Of a DNA stretch of 64,000 nucleotides, positions 1-9,624 are shown in pieces. A program made the position numbers and the translations under genes. This DNA comes from an uncultured Bacilli bacterium (GTDB lineage Bacteria > Bacillota_I > Bacilli_A > RF39 > UBA660): the NCBI GenBank assembly GCA_963929435.1, contig CAWVIV010000010.1, positions 942 to 64,941 of the forward strand, written 5' to 3'. The notes beneath the pieces are model-generated. The model did no database searches and was not told the DNA's origin. It saw nothing but the letters and a program-made list of their open reading frames with translations. Position 1 is the stretch's first letter, and every line of letters starts with the position of its first letter.

Positions 1-616
1 CACATAGTTTACTTATATTAACTTTACCATTTGCTTCAGTTAAAACATCATCTATTAACTGATATCTTTCTTTTGAAGTAAGTTCTTTGATTTCTTTTGA
101 TTTACCAAAAATTCCATTTTTTTTAATAGTTCATTCTCTGCTTTTAGCATTAAATTTTCATGTTTTAAATTTTCTAATTGTTCTTCAATAGATAATTCTT
201 CTTCTTTAGTTTTCTTTGGACGACCAGTACTTTTTTTGCCACGATTATCATTAAATGAACCTTCATTTTTATATTTGTTTTTTATTCTTCGTGAAAAATC
301 CCTAATTCTGTTTGAACCTAGAATATATGGATTAATACCACTTTCAATAAATATTCTAGTTGGTCCTTTACCATTATTGCACTCTTTAATGAAATGCTCT
401 TTAAATTCTTTTGTAAAAGTTATTGTTTTACTAGTAACTTTATCCACATATGAATTTTTACTCAATTCATTAATTTGTTCTTCTGTAAAATAAACTTTAT
501 TCATTTATACCGCCTTCCTTTTACTAAAGGATAACATATAAAAAGGTATAAAAACACTTATTTTTATACCTTTATGTGGTTTTCTTTAAATTGTCCGAAT
601 TATGGGGTACAATTCA
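1..616 (-). mobile_element. IS3-family insertion sequence, partial (continues beyond the window start)
   Basis: OrfA-type ORF at 55-504. The reverse complement of 592-616 reads TGAATTGTACCCCATAATTCGGACA, which resembles IS3/IS150-group terminal repeats that start with TG. Confidence 0.6.
55..504 (-). CDS. IS3-family transposase OrfA (HTH plus leucine zipper)
   Basis: The 149-aa ORF has an N-terminal HTH region (YTKEFKEHFIKECNNGKGPTRIF) and a C-terminal heptad-leucine segment (LENLKHENLMLKAENELLKK), as in IS3 OrfA. OrfB would lie off-window. Confidence 0.7.
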   Translation of the reverse strand: MNKVYFTEEQINELSKNSYVDKVTSKTITFTKEFKEHFIKECNNGKGPTRIFIESGINPYILGSNRIRDFSRRIKNKYKNEGSFNDNRGKKSTGRPKKTKEEELSIEEQLENLKHENLMLKAENELLKKMEFLVNQKKSKNLLQKKDIS

Positions 617-1792
617 ATTAGAACTCTTATTTATGTAGATGTTATATCGTTTATTATTAGATAATAATTTAGTATGTTTCTTACCTTTCTCGTAATCATG
701 TAACCCTTTTTTAAATTTTTCGATAAGGGATAGACAATGTTTTTTCTCTTCTTTATTAAATTTATTTATTTGAAAGAAAGAATTATTATTTTCATCTAAT
801 AAGAAATAAATTTCATTAGTTGTTTTTTCTTCTTCTTTCTTTTCTTCTGTTAAAATTTTATCTAAGGATATAGCTTTGTTGTTATAAATCTTCTTTAAGC
901 ATATTAAAGTAATCCCTTATGTCTTCCAAAGTAGCGGTAGGATTGTTTAGTTGAGATTTCTAATTCTGCTTTTACTTCAAACATATCTAATATTAAAACT
1001 GTCATTGAAATATCTTTGTATTGAAATTCATCAATTCCTAATGTAGATAAATCTAAGTTATCTTTACTTTCCTGCTCTTTTATGGCTCTTGACATCTCTT
1101 TATTGTAATTTATGTACTTTTCATCTTTACCATTAATTAAATAATAATATTTGCTCATGATAGATTCTATATTGTTTTTAATTTTATAATATTCACCTTT
1201 TATATTATTAAGCTCTTCTTGATTTATATTTGGTGTTTCTTCTTCTGTGAATAACGATTCTATTTCTTCGTGAGGTGTTGGTATTTCATGAGATTTAAGT
1301 TTTTCTTCTTTTTCAGTGACACTTTTACAACTTTCATAGGCAATTTCTTTTAAAATGCTTATTTTTTCTTCATCTGTAATATTTGCATTTAAGATAAATG
1401 AGGCTTTGGCAGTAAGACTTTTTTCATCTAATTCTTTTATTTGTGACTCTAAACTTTTAACTTGTAATTGATATTTTTCTATATTGCTAAGACAATCTTT
1501 TACTATTTCATCCGTTAATATGTTATTTATAGCGATTTGAACCTGTTCTATTTCTAAAGCATCGTTATCATAAAAGAATTTAAGAATTTGAAAGTTAGAA
1601 GTAAGTTGAGGAAATAAAAGTAGGAACGTCTTTTGATGCTCTAACAAGTTTTTCTATATATGTTCTTGTATTAATTTTTGACATCCTTAAAATATTAGCA
1701 ATGTTTATCATTGTTTCATATTTATTTAGTTCTCTTTTTAACTTTTGTGATTGTTCTTCTAATAATTGTTCATATTTTTCTTTTGGTTCCAT
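614..1792 (-). pseudogene. Hypothetical HTH plus coiled-coil protein, split over three frames and probably 3'-truncated by the IS3 end
   Basis: ORFs 1595-1816 and 904-1647 and an unlisted frame at 614-903 read on from each other after 1-nt shifts. The likely start is MEPKEKYEQ with an AGGAGG RBS. The final stop TGA is formed by the IS3 terminal TGA. Confidence 0.35.
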
Positions 1793-1903
1793 AATATCCT
1801 CCTTTATTTTTAACATGGAAAAAGAACAGAATAAAGTTATCCTGTTCTTAAAGCATTATGAAAGAAAGTAATTGTATTATTACTTATAGTTTTATTTAAA
1901 CTG

Positions 1904-1930
1904 CCCCCCCCAGATAACATATTGTAAACA
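1904..1930 (+). repeat. Poly-C (C8) plus conserved AGATAACATATTGTAAA motif, copy 1
   Basis: C8 at 1904-1911 is followed by agataacatattgtaaa. A second copy at 7047-7075 has C12 and aggtaacatattgtaaa. Confidence 0.8.
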
Positions 1931-1998
1931 CGGATCTTAGCATTTTACTTTCCTTCTTTCTGTTTAATATTAACATATTATGTTATAAATTACAATTA

Positions 1999-2250
1999 TT
2001 ACTTTTGTTTTGATGACATAATTTTACTCTTTATTATATTTATAATAATATGGACAAAGTCTATGAATAATGGAATAACTATGATGAAATAGATAATATA
2101 TAATGCAATTCTTTTAGTTTTATTATATTTTTTTATTTTATTCCATAACAAATTATTATTTTTATGTTTAGATGTATACCATATTAAGGTAATTAAAGCG
2201 ATTATAAAGCATAAAAAACCTAGGTAACTATTTTCCTTCTTGATGCTCAT
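1999..2250 (-). CDS. Small membrane protein (two predicted TM segments), hypothetical
   Basis: 83-aa ORF with two hydrophobic stretches (LGFLCFIIALITLIWY and IALYIIYFIIVIPLFIDFV). No family recognised. Confidence 0.35.
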   Translation of the reverse strand: MSIKKENSYLGFLCFIIALITLIWYTSKHKNNNLLWNKIKKYNKTKRIALYIIYFIIVIPLFIDFVHIIINIIKSKIMSSKQK

Positions 2251-2260
2251 TAGTACCTCT

Positions 2261-2849
2261 TTAAATTATTTCATTAACTGGTTCTGTTATTACTTTTTCT
2301 TCTACCTTTTCTTTAGAGATAACGTTACCTTCACTATCTACTATAGTATTATAGGTTACCTCTTTTTTACCATTTTTCCCATTTTGTATTGTTTTTTGTG
2401 CTATCTTTAGTTAATTTCGCTATTATCTTTATAAGTAGTTTTATATTTAATACTTTCTTCTTCAGTTATTGTCTTTTGATATTGACAATGAATTGTCATC
2501 TGTATTAGCAGTGGCATCATAGTTAAGTGCAGATGAATCCATACAACCATTTTTTCTTGCTATACAACTACCATCATCTTTTGTAGCATTAGAATTATAA
2601 TTTATTGCATTACTATCTGTACAACCATAAAATATATGTTGGTTCTGGAACCGTTTCGTATGTTCTACTATTACTAATACTAGGAGTACAAGTACAAGAT
2701 GGACTTAAAGTACCATCAGGCAACACATCTGTCTACCATCTTCTGAACAACCAACTACTCCTCCATGCCAAGAACAACATCCTTTTTGAGCATTGACATT
2801 AATTGGCACTAAAAAAATTATCAAAATTAGTATTACTACCTTTTTTCAC
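2261..2849 (-). pseudogene. Secreted Cys-rich protein with repeated GC-x-D-x2-A-x-NY-x3-A-x2-DD-x-SC modules, multiply frameshifted
   Basis: Manual minus-strand translation gives a signal peptide (KKVVILILIIFLVPINVNA), then QKGCCSWHGGVVGCSEDGR, YGCTDSNAINYNSNATKDDGSC, NGCMDSSALNYDATANTDD and a C-terminal GKKEVTYNTIVDSEGNVISKEKVEEKVITEP. Several 1-nt shifts are needed. Confidence 0.45.
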
Positions 2850-2914
2850 TTCTCTCCACCCTTATTACTATTAACCGTTTGTTAATATCATTATATCATG
2901 AATAGTAATAAAGT

Positions 2915-3252
2915 CTACAGTTTTAAAGATATTTTTATGCCATTTTCTACCTTGCTATCTAGATTTAATAAAACTACACCATTATTAGTTACAACTCCTA
3001 ATACTAGAACTTCACTAGTTACTTCTGAGATGTGAATTGGTTTAAAGTTAAACAACTGCAATTATCTGTTTCCCCTATTAAATCTTCTTCTTTATATAAA
3101 TCTGTAATCTGGGCAGATGACTTTTTTATACCTAAGGGTCCAAAGTCTATTTTCAACTTATAGGCTTTTTTTCTTGCTCCTTTATTTATACTTGCATCTA
3201 TTATAGTTCCTACTCTTATATCTATTTTCTTAAAATCTTCTAATGTTATCAT
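2915..3252 (-). pseudogene. csaA: CsaA-like tRNA-binding (EMAP/OB-fold) domain protein, one frameshift
   Basis: N-terminus [20 protein letters not shown]...KLKIDFG...SSAQIT. After a shift near 3070 the frame continues [27 protein letters not shown], as in CsaA/MetG C-terminal domains. Confidence 0.6.
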
Positions 3253-3267
3253 ATTTCTCCTTTATAT

Positions 3268-3291
3268 TAAAAGCATAGGTTTTACCTATGC
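3268..3291 (-). terminator. Intrinsic terminator after the M23 peptidase gene
   Basis: Stem GCATAGGT / ACCTATGC (3273-3280 / 3284-3291) is followed by a T-run on the minus strand. Confidence 0.6.
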
Positions 3292-3296
3292 TATAA

Positions 3297-4461
3297 TTAT
3301 CTACCATTCCACCAAACTCTTAGTCCTGATGGGAATCCTATATACTGTCTTGGATTAATGGTACTTCTTTGATAAGTTGACCAAGTACAACCTCCTCCAG
3401 CATGCCAATCACAAGTTGTAAGTTCAAGATGAAGATGGGCACCAGTTGAGTTACCAGTATTACCCATTCTTCCGATTAATGTATCTGGTGTTACTGTCTG
3501 GCCTACATTTACATACCAGGGCAGAATAAATGAGCATATGTTGAATAAATATATCTTCCATTAACATTGTGTCTTATTTTTAAAACTAAAGCTCCCGCAT
3601 TATCATAGTATTTTGCAAAAACAACACCACTTGCTATTGGATAAACTTCAATTGTTTTATTTGTATTTGATAAATCTATTCCTAAGTGCCCAGCATTCAT
3701 CCAGTTTTGAGTAACATAACCACTTACCATAGGTCTATAAAATCCTGATGCTGAGGGAACTGAATTTCCATTTACTCTTATTTCACAAGAAGTTATATCT
3801 TCATTTTCTCCACATCCTAATTTTTTATAATAAGTAAGTTGTTTGTTTGCTTCATCTAGTTGTTGTTGTACACTTGGCATTGCCTCTTTTATAGAAGCTG
3901 TTTCAGCATTAATTTTGGATTGCTCTGCTTCTAGCTCAATCTGTTAATTTTTCTAGCTCTTCATTTTTTGTCAGCAAGTTCCTCTTTTCTTTTTTGATTA
4001 TCCTCAATTAACTGTGTAAGTTCATCCATCATTTGATCATTATACTCAGTTAATTGTTCGATAATAGCCATTCGATAAACCATGTCTGTTACATCAGTTG
4101 CTCCAAAGATATATTCTAAATAAGCATTCTCTCCCTCACTAACTTGAAGATATTGAAATAAAGATTTACTTTGCTCACTTTTTTCAGCGATTTCTTCATT
4201 AGATTCTTCTATTTCTTGTTCTAGAACTTGAGTCTCACTTTCTATTTCACTAATTTGATTTTCATAATCAGCTATTTTTTGTTTTATTTCGGCCACTTCA
4301 GCATTATTTGCAGCGATTTGATTATTTTTACTTTCTAAATCTGAGGTAAATTTATTTACCTCTTCTTCTAACTGTTTTAATTGTTTTGGGCATTTGTATT
4401 AACTGGAATTAAGAATACTGTTAATAGTATCAGTAATAATAACCGAACTTAATTTTTTCAT
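3297..4461 (-). pseudogene. Coiled-coil plus M23 (LytM) metallopeptidase, the FtsEX-partner type (PcsB/EnvC-like position), multiply frameshifted
   Basis: Fragments 3961-4296 (coiled coil) and 3509-3880 (HLGIDL) plus an unlisted C-terminus (GAHLHLEL...WWNGR). It sits directly downstream of ftsX. Signal-peptide region at 4400-4461. Confidence 0.7.
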
Positions 4462-4485
4462 TATAGCACCTCCTCATATTCTTTT

Positions 4486-5394
4486 TTATACTTTTAAATA
4501 TTTTCTAACAGCTGAAGCTGAACCTATCATACCAACGATAATACCTATTACTAAGACTATGCCTGATACCATATAAAATAAATGGTATCTGGTTCTATTA
4601 AAGTAATCATCTTGCTATATAAATAACCATCAAAATGATTGTATAAGGCAATATAACCAAAGCACACTATTAATATTGGAATGATTGAGCCAAGAATTCC
4701 TAAAACCATACCTTCTATTATTGAATGGAGTTTTTAATAGTAAAGTTAGATGCTCCTACTAATCTCATAATCGATATTTCTCTTTTTCTTGAGAAGATAG
4801 TTAGTTTAATTGTATTTATAATTAAGAATACTGTTACAAGTATTAAAGCAATAACCATACCATATGAAACATTTTGTGCTGCTTCGAAGGCTTCTATTAA
4901 ATTGTCTACCATTACCTTCTCCATATTTAACAGAACTTACTTTATCAATTTTCTCTATACTTTTGGCTGTATTCGATATTCTTTCAACTACTTTTACTTT
5001 TACTTGAAAAGTATCTTTTAAAGGATTATCTTCATCATCCCAAGTACTCATTACTTCATTAAATATTTCGTTTTCTTTACTCATTTCCTCTTTAACAGCA
5101 GATTTGCTCTGATATGTTAAAGATTCGACATTGCTCATGCTTTCTAACTTGTCCTTTATATCATTTACTTCTTCTTCAGTAGTATCTGTATCTAAAAAAA
5201 ACAACAATTGTTAAATCTTTTTCCATTTCTCTTGTAAAGTTTTGAACATTAAAGGTAACTATTATTGATATTGCTACTATAATTAAGGGTTATAGTAATA
5301 CAAGAGATAGAAGCTAGAGAAAGACTGAAGTTTCTAAAGACGCTTATTAAAGGCATCACGGATGCTTCTTCTTAACATTCTAAAAAAATTTCAT
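4486..5394 (-). pseudogene. ftsX: Cell-division ABC transporter permease FtsX, multiply frameshifted
   Basis: Fragments 4806-5207 and 4718-4924 (REISIMRLVGASNFTIK) plus a manually read N-terminus MKFFRMLRRSIRDAF.. and C-terminus ..SASAVRKYLKV. The start overlaps the ftsE stop (ATGA). Confidence 0.75.
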
Positions 5395-6085
5395 TCTTCA
5401 TAGCCTCCTTTCTCAAGATGTTTAATAAGGTCTACCATCTTTTAGGAGTACAACTTCTTTTTGCATTTTATTAACTATTTCTTTATCATGTGTAGCCATG
5501 ATAATTGTTGTACCACAAGTTTTTATTGATTTCTTCTAAGACTTTAACTATTTCCATACTACGGTCTGGGTCAAGATTTCCTGTTGGCTCATCACATAGT
5601 AATATTCTTGGTTCATTAACTATCGCTCTTGCTATGGCTACACGTTGTTGTTCTCCTCCTGATAATTGGTCAGGGTAATTATGAATTTTAGCTTTAAGAC
5701 CTACTAATTCTAAGGCTTTTAATACTTTCTTTCTTGTCTCTTGTTTAGTGGCACCAATTGACTCCATGGTGAAGGCAACATTTTCATAGACGGTTAGTTT
5801 GGGTAGCAATCGATAGTCTTGAAAGACAATACCTAGTTTTCTTCTTAATTTATAAACTTTACTATTTCTAAGTTTAGGCAACGTTAATACCACCGACTAT
5901 AATTTCTCCACTAGTTGGTTTTTCTTCACGATAAAGCATCTTGATAAAAGTACTTTTACCAGAACCTGAACCAACCTATTACAAAGACAAAAGAGCCCTT
6001 CTTTATATTAAGGGTTAAGTCATAGATAGCGGTAACCACCATTTTTATATTGTTTATTTACATTTTTAACTCTAATTAAATCCAT
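5391..6085 (-). pseudogene. ftsE: Cell-division ATP-binding protein FtsE, multiply frameshifted
   Basis: ORF 5486-5893 carries LSGGEQQRVAIARA and LLCDEPTGNLD. The upstream part reads MDLIRVKNVNKQYKNG..GSGSGKSTFIKMLYREEKPTSGEI only after at least 3 single-base corrections. Confidence 0.8.
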
Positions 6086-6155
6086 TAACATCATCCTATT
6101 CATAGACTAGTATAACATATTTCGACAAATTATGTATATAGCAATTATTGGTATT

Positions 6156-6969
6156 TATGTCAAATAAAAAGGAATATTATTTAATTTTTATTCCCATTTC
6201 ATCAAAAATAAGTTTTGCTTCTCTTAATATTGTGCTTTTAGCAGAATATTGTTTTTAAGGGTTTTACATCGGCATTTAATCTTAGAGTTATTTTTCCATC
6301 ATTATATTCTTGTACTCCTTTGTAATGTACTTCTTCTACTAAATCATCTATTTTTTCATTACATACTTTAATAACTTTATCAAGGGCTTTTTTCTACTTT
6401 CTTTAAATCTATATCACTAGGAGAAAGTAAAATCTACTGTTGTTTTAGGATGATACCTTTGAATAGTTAATTATGTCTCCAATATTTCTATTAGCATAAA
6501 CTCTTACATCACCTAAGTAATTTTTAACTTTTGTACTTTTTAGGCCTACACTACTAACAGTTCCTCTAAAGCCATCTATTTCAACAATATCACCTACATT
6601 ATATTGGTCATCTAATATTATGAACAATCCGGCAATTAAATCTTTTAACATATCTTGTAAAGCTAATCCCTACAACAACTGCAACTATTCCAAGTCCTGC
6701 TAAAAATGCGGTTACTTTAACGCCAAACATGCCTAGTATAATTATTGCATCTATTAAAACAAAGATATATTTTAGTAAACTCACCACACAATGTCATAAG
6801 TGTAAATTTTCTTTTTTGGATAGCTGAGGCTCGATGCTTTTTTCTTTCTATGTATTTTCTAGTCCATGATGATAGTAAATTATATATAAATATTGTTAAT
6901 ATAACTGTAATTAAAAATACCCCAAAACTGGATAGATAAAAAAACTTTTTTCAAATACTTCAAACACAT
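6156..6969 (-). pseudogene. mscS: Small-conductance mechanosensitive channel (MscS family), multiply frameshifted
   Basis: ORF 6445-6651 (LKDLIAGLFIILDDQYNVGDIVEIDGFRGTVSSVGLKSTKV) is the MscS beta-domain signature. Flanking TM and C-terminal parts lie in other frames. Confidence 0.65.
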
Positions 6970-7046
6970 TACCACTACCTTCTTTATATTTTTTTTTGAA
7001 TTATAGTTAGTGAAATGTGAATTATTCTAATAATTTATTATTAATG

Positions 7047-7075
7047 CCCCCCCCCCCCAGGTAACATATTGTAAA
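7047..7075 (+). repeat. Poly-C (C12) plus conserved AGGTAACATATTGTAAA motif, copy 2
   Basis: C12 at 7047-7058 is followed by aggtaacatattgtaaa, in the same orientation as copy 1. Confidence 0.8.
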
Positions 7076-7385
7076 TATTTCGTCATAAGTTATACACCTC
7101 AATCTTTAATAATAATTATAACAAATTATTAAAAAAAGAATGAAATAAATTTCATTCACCAACCGCTTTGCGGTTGTTTTCTTTTGTACTACAATATTAT
7201 TATGGTGGTAATATGATAATATGTACAGAAAAAGATAGGGAATTTGAACAATACAGAGATAAAGTTAAAAATAAAAAGGTAATATTTACAATTAAAAGAA
7301 ATTTTTAAAGATTGGTGGTATAAATTTCTAGAAACATATCCTAAAACTTAATATTAGAGATGTTGTATTTTCTAATGTTGAAAGA

Positions 7386-8381
7386 ATGTTAAAATGTAAA
7401 ACTTGGGATTTAGGTTATGCCGTTTATAAATGTCCTAATTGTGGTGAAGAAAAAATAGTTCCTCATACCTGTAAATCTCGTCTTTGTTCTTCTTGTGGAA
7501 ACAAATATAATAAACAAAGAGAATCTTCTATCTTTTCTAAACTATTTAGATGTAAACATCGCCATGTTGTTTTTACTATTCCAGATGAATTAAGAGTATA
7601 TTTTAGAGAAGATAGAAAAAGACTTAATTATCTTTTTAAAGCCGCTTCTATTACTGTTAATTCTTGGTTTGAAAACAAGTACAAAAAGAAAGAGCTTATT
7701 CCTGCTTATATTTCTATTCTTCATACTTTTGGCAGAAGTCTTATTTTTAATCCTCATATTCATATGATCTTAATGGATGGTGGTATATCTAATAAATGTA
7801 AAGAATTTGTTAAAGTTGATTACTTTGCTTATCCATCATTTCGTAAACGATTTATGAAAGTACTTTTGGATTTATTAGAAGAAGATATTGGTAAAGATGA
7901 ATTTAGAAAAATTAAAAATAAAATGTATTTTGAACACAAAGATGGTTTCTATGTTTATGCGCCTCCTTCTAAGTTTAAATCTTATATTGATTTAATTAAA
8001 TATGCTTGCAGATATGTCGCACGCCCTGTTATGGCTGAATCTAGAATTATTGATTATGATGGTACCTTTGTTATCTTTTGGTATCAAAGACATAATGATG
8101 ATTTAATCGTTATCGAAAAAGTACATGCTTATGAGTTTATTTCTAGAATCATTATCCATATTCCAGATTATAATTTTAAACAAATTAGATTTTATGGTGC
8201 TTATCATAATTCAACTAAAATAGATATTGAAGTTACAAAAATTATTTCTAAGGAAAAGAAAGAATTCTTTAGTAAACTTACTTCTTGGCGTACTCTTATT
8301 ATAACTAATTTTGAAATAGATCCACTTACTTGTCCTATTTGTAATAATATAATGTTATACTATAATAGTATCTATACTTAA
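7386..8381 (+). CDS. IS91-family transposase (zinc-binding N-domain plus Y2 transposase); true N-terminus 7213-7385 is broken by two frameshifts
   Basis: CPNCGEEKIVPHTCKSRLCSSCG zinc-finger region, HVVFTIPDELR, SILHTFGRSLIFNPHIHMIL, and YACRYVARPV..RIRFYGAYHN. The upstream text ..IFKDWWYKFLETYPK / LNIRDVVFSNVERMLKC lies in shifted frames. Confidence 0.75.
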   Translation: MLKCKTWDLGYAVYKCPNCGEEKIVPHTCKSRLCSSCGNKYNKQRESSIFSKLFRCKHRHVVFTIPDELRVYFREDRKRLNYLFKAASITVNSWFENKYKKKELIPAYISILHTFGRSLIFNPHIHMILMDGGISNKCKEFVKVDYFAYPSFRKRFMKVLLDLLEEDIGKDEFRKIKNKMYFEHKDGFYVYAPPSKFKSYIDLIKYACRYVARPVMAESRIIDYDGTFVIFWYQRHNDDLIVIEKVHAYEFISRIIIHIPDYNFKQIRFYGAYHNSTKIDIEVTKIISKEKKEFFSKLTSWRTLIITNFEIDPLTCPICNNIMLYYNSIYT

Positions 8382-8398
8382 GAAAGGATTATTATAGT

Positions 8399-8629
8399 AT
8401 GAAAAATGAAAACAAAGAAATAGAAAAATTATTAAATAGTGCCAAAAATTATTTTGGTAAAGATGAAAAAATATATATTTTCAAATGTAAGAAATGTGGC
8501 AAGTTAGATCCTGTTCCTGAGTTTATCGTTAACGAACAGATTGGATTTTTAAAATTTATCAAAAAGAAAGACATTCCTAAAATGGAATGTCCTTACTGCG
8601 GTTCTACTATGGAACAAATTAAAATTTAA
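8399..8629 (+). CDS. Small zinc-ribbon protein (CxxC...CxxC), passenger or accessory ORF of the IS91-like element
   Basis: 76-aa ORF with CKKCG and CPYCG pairs. It starts 18 nt after the transposase stop and is followed by a strong terminator. Confidence 0.5.
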   Translation: MKNENKEIEKLLNSAKNYFGKDEKIYIFKCKKCGKLDPVPEFIVNEQIGFLKFIKKKDIPKMECPYCGSTMEQIKI

Positions 8630-8653
8630 AGTTTTTGCTTTATTCTTTTTGTC

Positions 8654-8688
8654 GTGATACCAAATTACATTGGTATCACTTTTGTTTT
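8654..8688 (+). terminator. Intrinsic terminator
   Basis: Stem GTGATACCA / TGGTATCAC with an 8-nt loop, followed by TTTTGTTTT. Confidence 0.7.
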
Positions 8689-8756
8689 GAACGCTTTTAA
8701 ACGCACTTTCCTTATATATAAAAAAAATGCACATAAAATGCACTTAGTTAACTTAA

Positions 8757-9624
8757 TTAGACACCCCCTTTTACTTCATAGGCATCTGTTACGACAAAAA
8801 AAGGCTTTAGGGTCTATTTCTTTAATACCTTCTTTTAATCTAAAGTAATCTCGTGTAGGGACTACTGCTAATAAAACTCTTCTTTTCTTTTCTAAAAAGC
8901 CACCTTTAACATCAAAGATAGTTACAGTATGATGAAGATTATTTATTAAATACTCCCTTACTTTTTCTTCTTTACTTGTTGTTATATAAAAAGCTTTATT
9001 TTTAGATATGCCTAGTATTACTTTATCTATTACAACTCCACTGATATAGATAATTATAAAAGCATATAACATCATATTAAAGCCAAAGTAAACTCCGCCG
9101 ATTAGAACAACGATAAAGTTTATAACCATTGTGGTTTTAGCAAGGGAAATATGAAAGTATTTATAGGCTATTTGACTTATTATATTTAGTCCGCCATTAC
9201 TAAAACCTACTTTATACATGAGACCATTAGTTATTCCTAAAAGTATTCCTATTAAAATGCTCATTAATATTAAGTCACTGGTATCTATTACAATATATCT
9301 TGCTAGTGGTTCTGTTAAAGAGACAAATAAAGGATAAACTAAAGTCGCTACTAAAGAACCTCCTGTTTGGTCTAGACCTAGAAATAAATAACTAATACCT
9401 AGTAAAAGAATGGAACCTATTAAAATGATTAACGATGGAGAAATATCAAAGATATGATTTATAATGATTGCAACTCCATTCATTCCTCCTGTTACTAAGT
9501 CAGTTGGGTATAACAAAAGATTAAATACTAAAGATGAGATAAAAAGACTGAATATTAAAACTCCATATCTATACCACAATTTAGTTTTGTCTATTTTGAA
9601 TATTTTAGACACTTTAAGCACCAC
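8757..9624 (-). CDS. yitT: YitT-family membrane protein (DUF2179 C-terminal domain); C-terminus shifted at an A7/T7 run
   Basis: Paralogue of the next gene over its full length. Removing one base from the run at 8796-8802 restores ..DPKAFFVVTDAYEVKGGV, which matches the paralogue end FFVAMDSYEVKGGA. Confidence 0.75.

Larger units (their letters stand above)
7138..8690 (+). mobile_element. IS91-family (rolling-circle, Y2 transposase) element; ends only approximate
   Basis: Transposase gene plus small passenger ORF. Two consecutive hairpins (GAATGAAA/TTTCATTC at 7138-7157 and CAACCG/CGGTTG at 7160-7176) lie upstream, and a strong hairpin at 8654-8679 followed by ..GTTTTGAAC lies downstream. 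Confidence 0.45.

Noticed and set aside
1912-1930. The AGATAACATATTGTAAAC motif as a dif/Xer recombination site, given its resemblance to the TTATGTAAAC XerD arm of Firmicute dif.
   Set aside because: The match is only partial (TATTGTAAAC versus TTATGTAAAC), no left arm is recognisable, and two direct copies 5 kb apart flank core genes (ftsEX) rather than an integrated element.
2605-2796. A 63-aa plus-strand ORF in the 2261-2849 region.
   Set aside because: The minus strand encodes recognisable signal-peptide and Cys-rich modules, so the plus-strand ORF is an antisense artefact.
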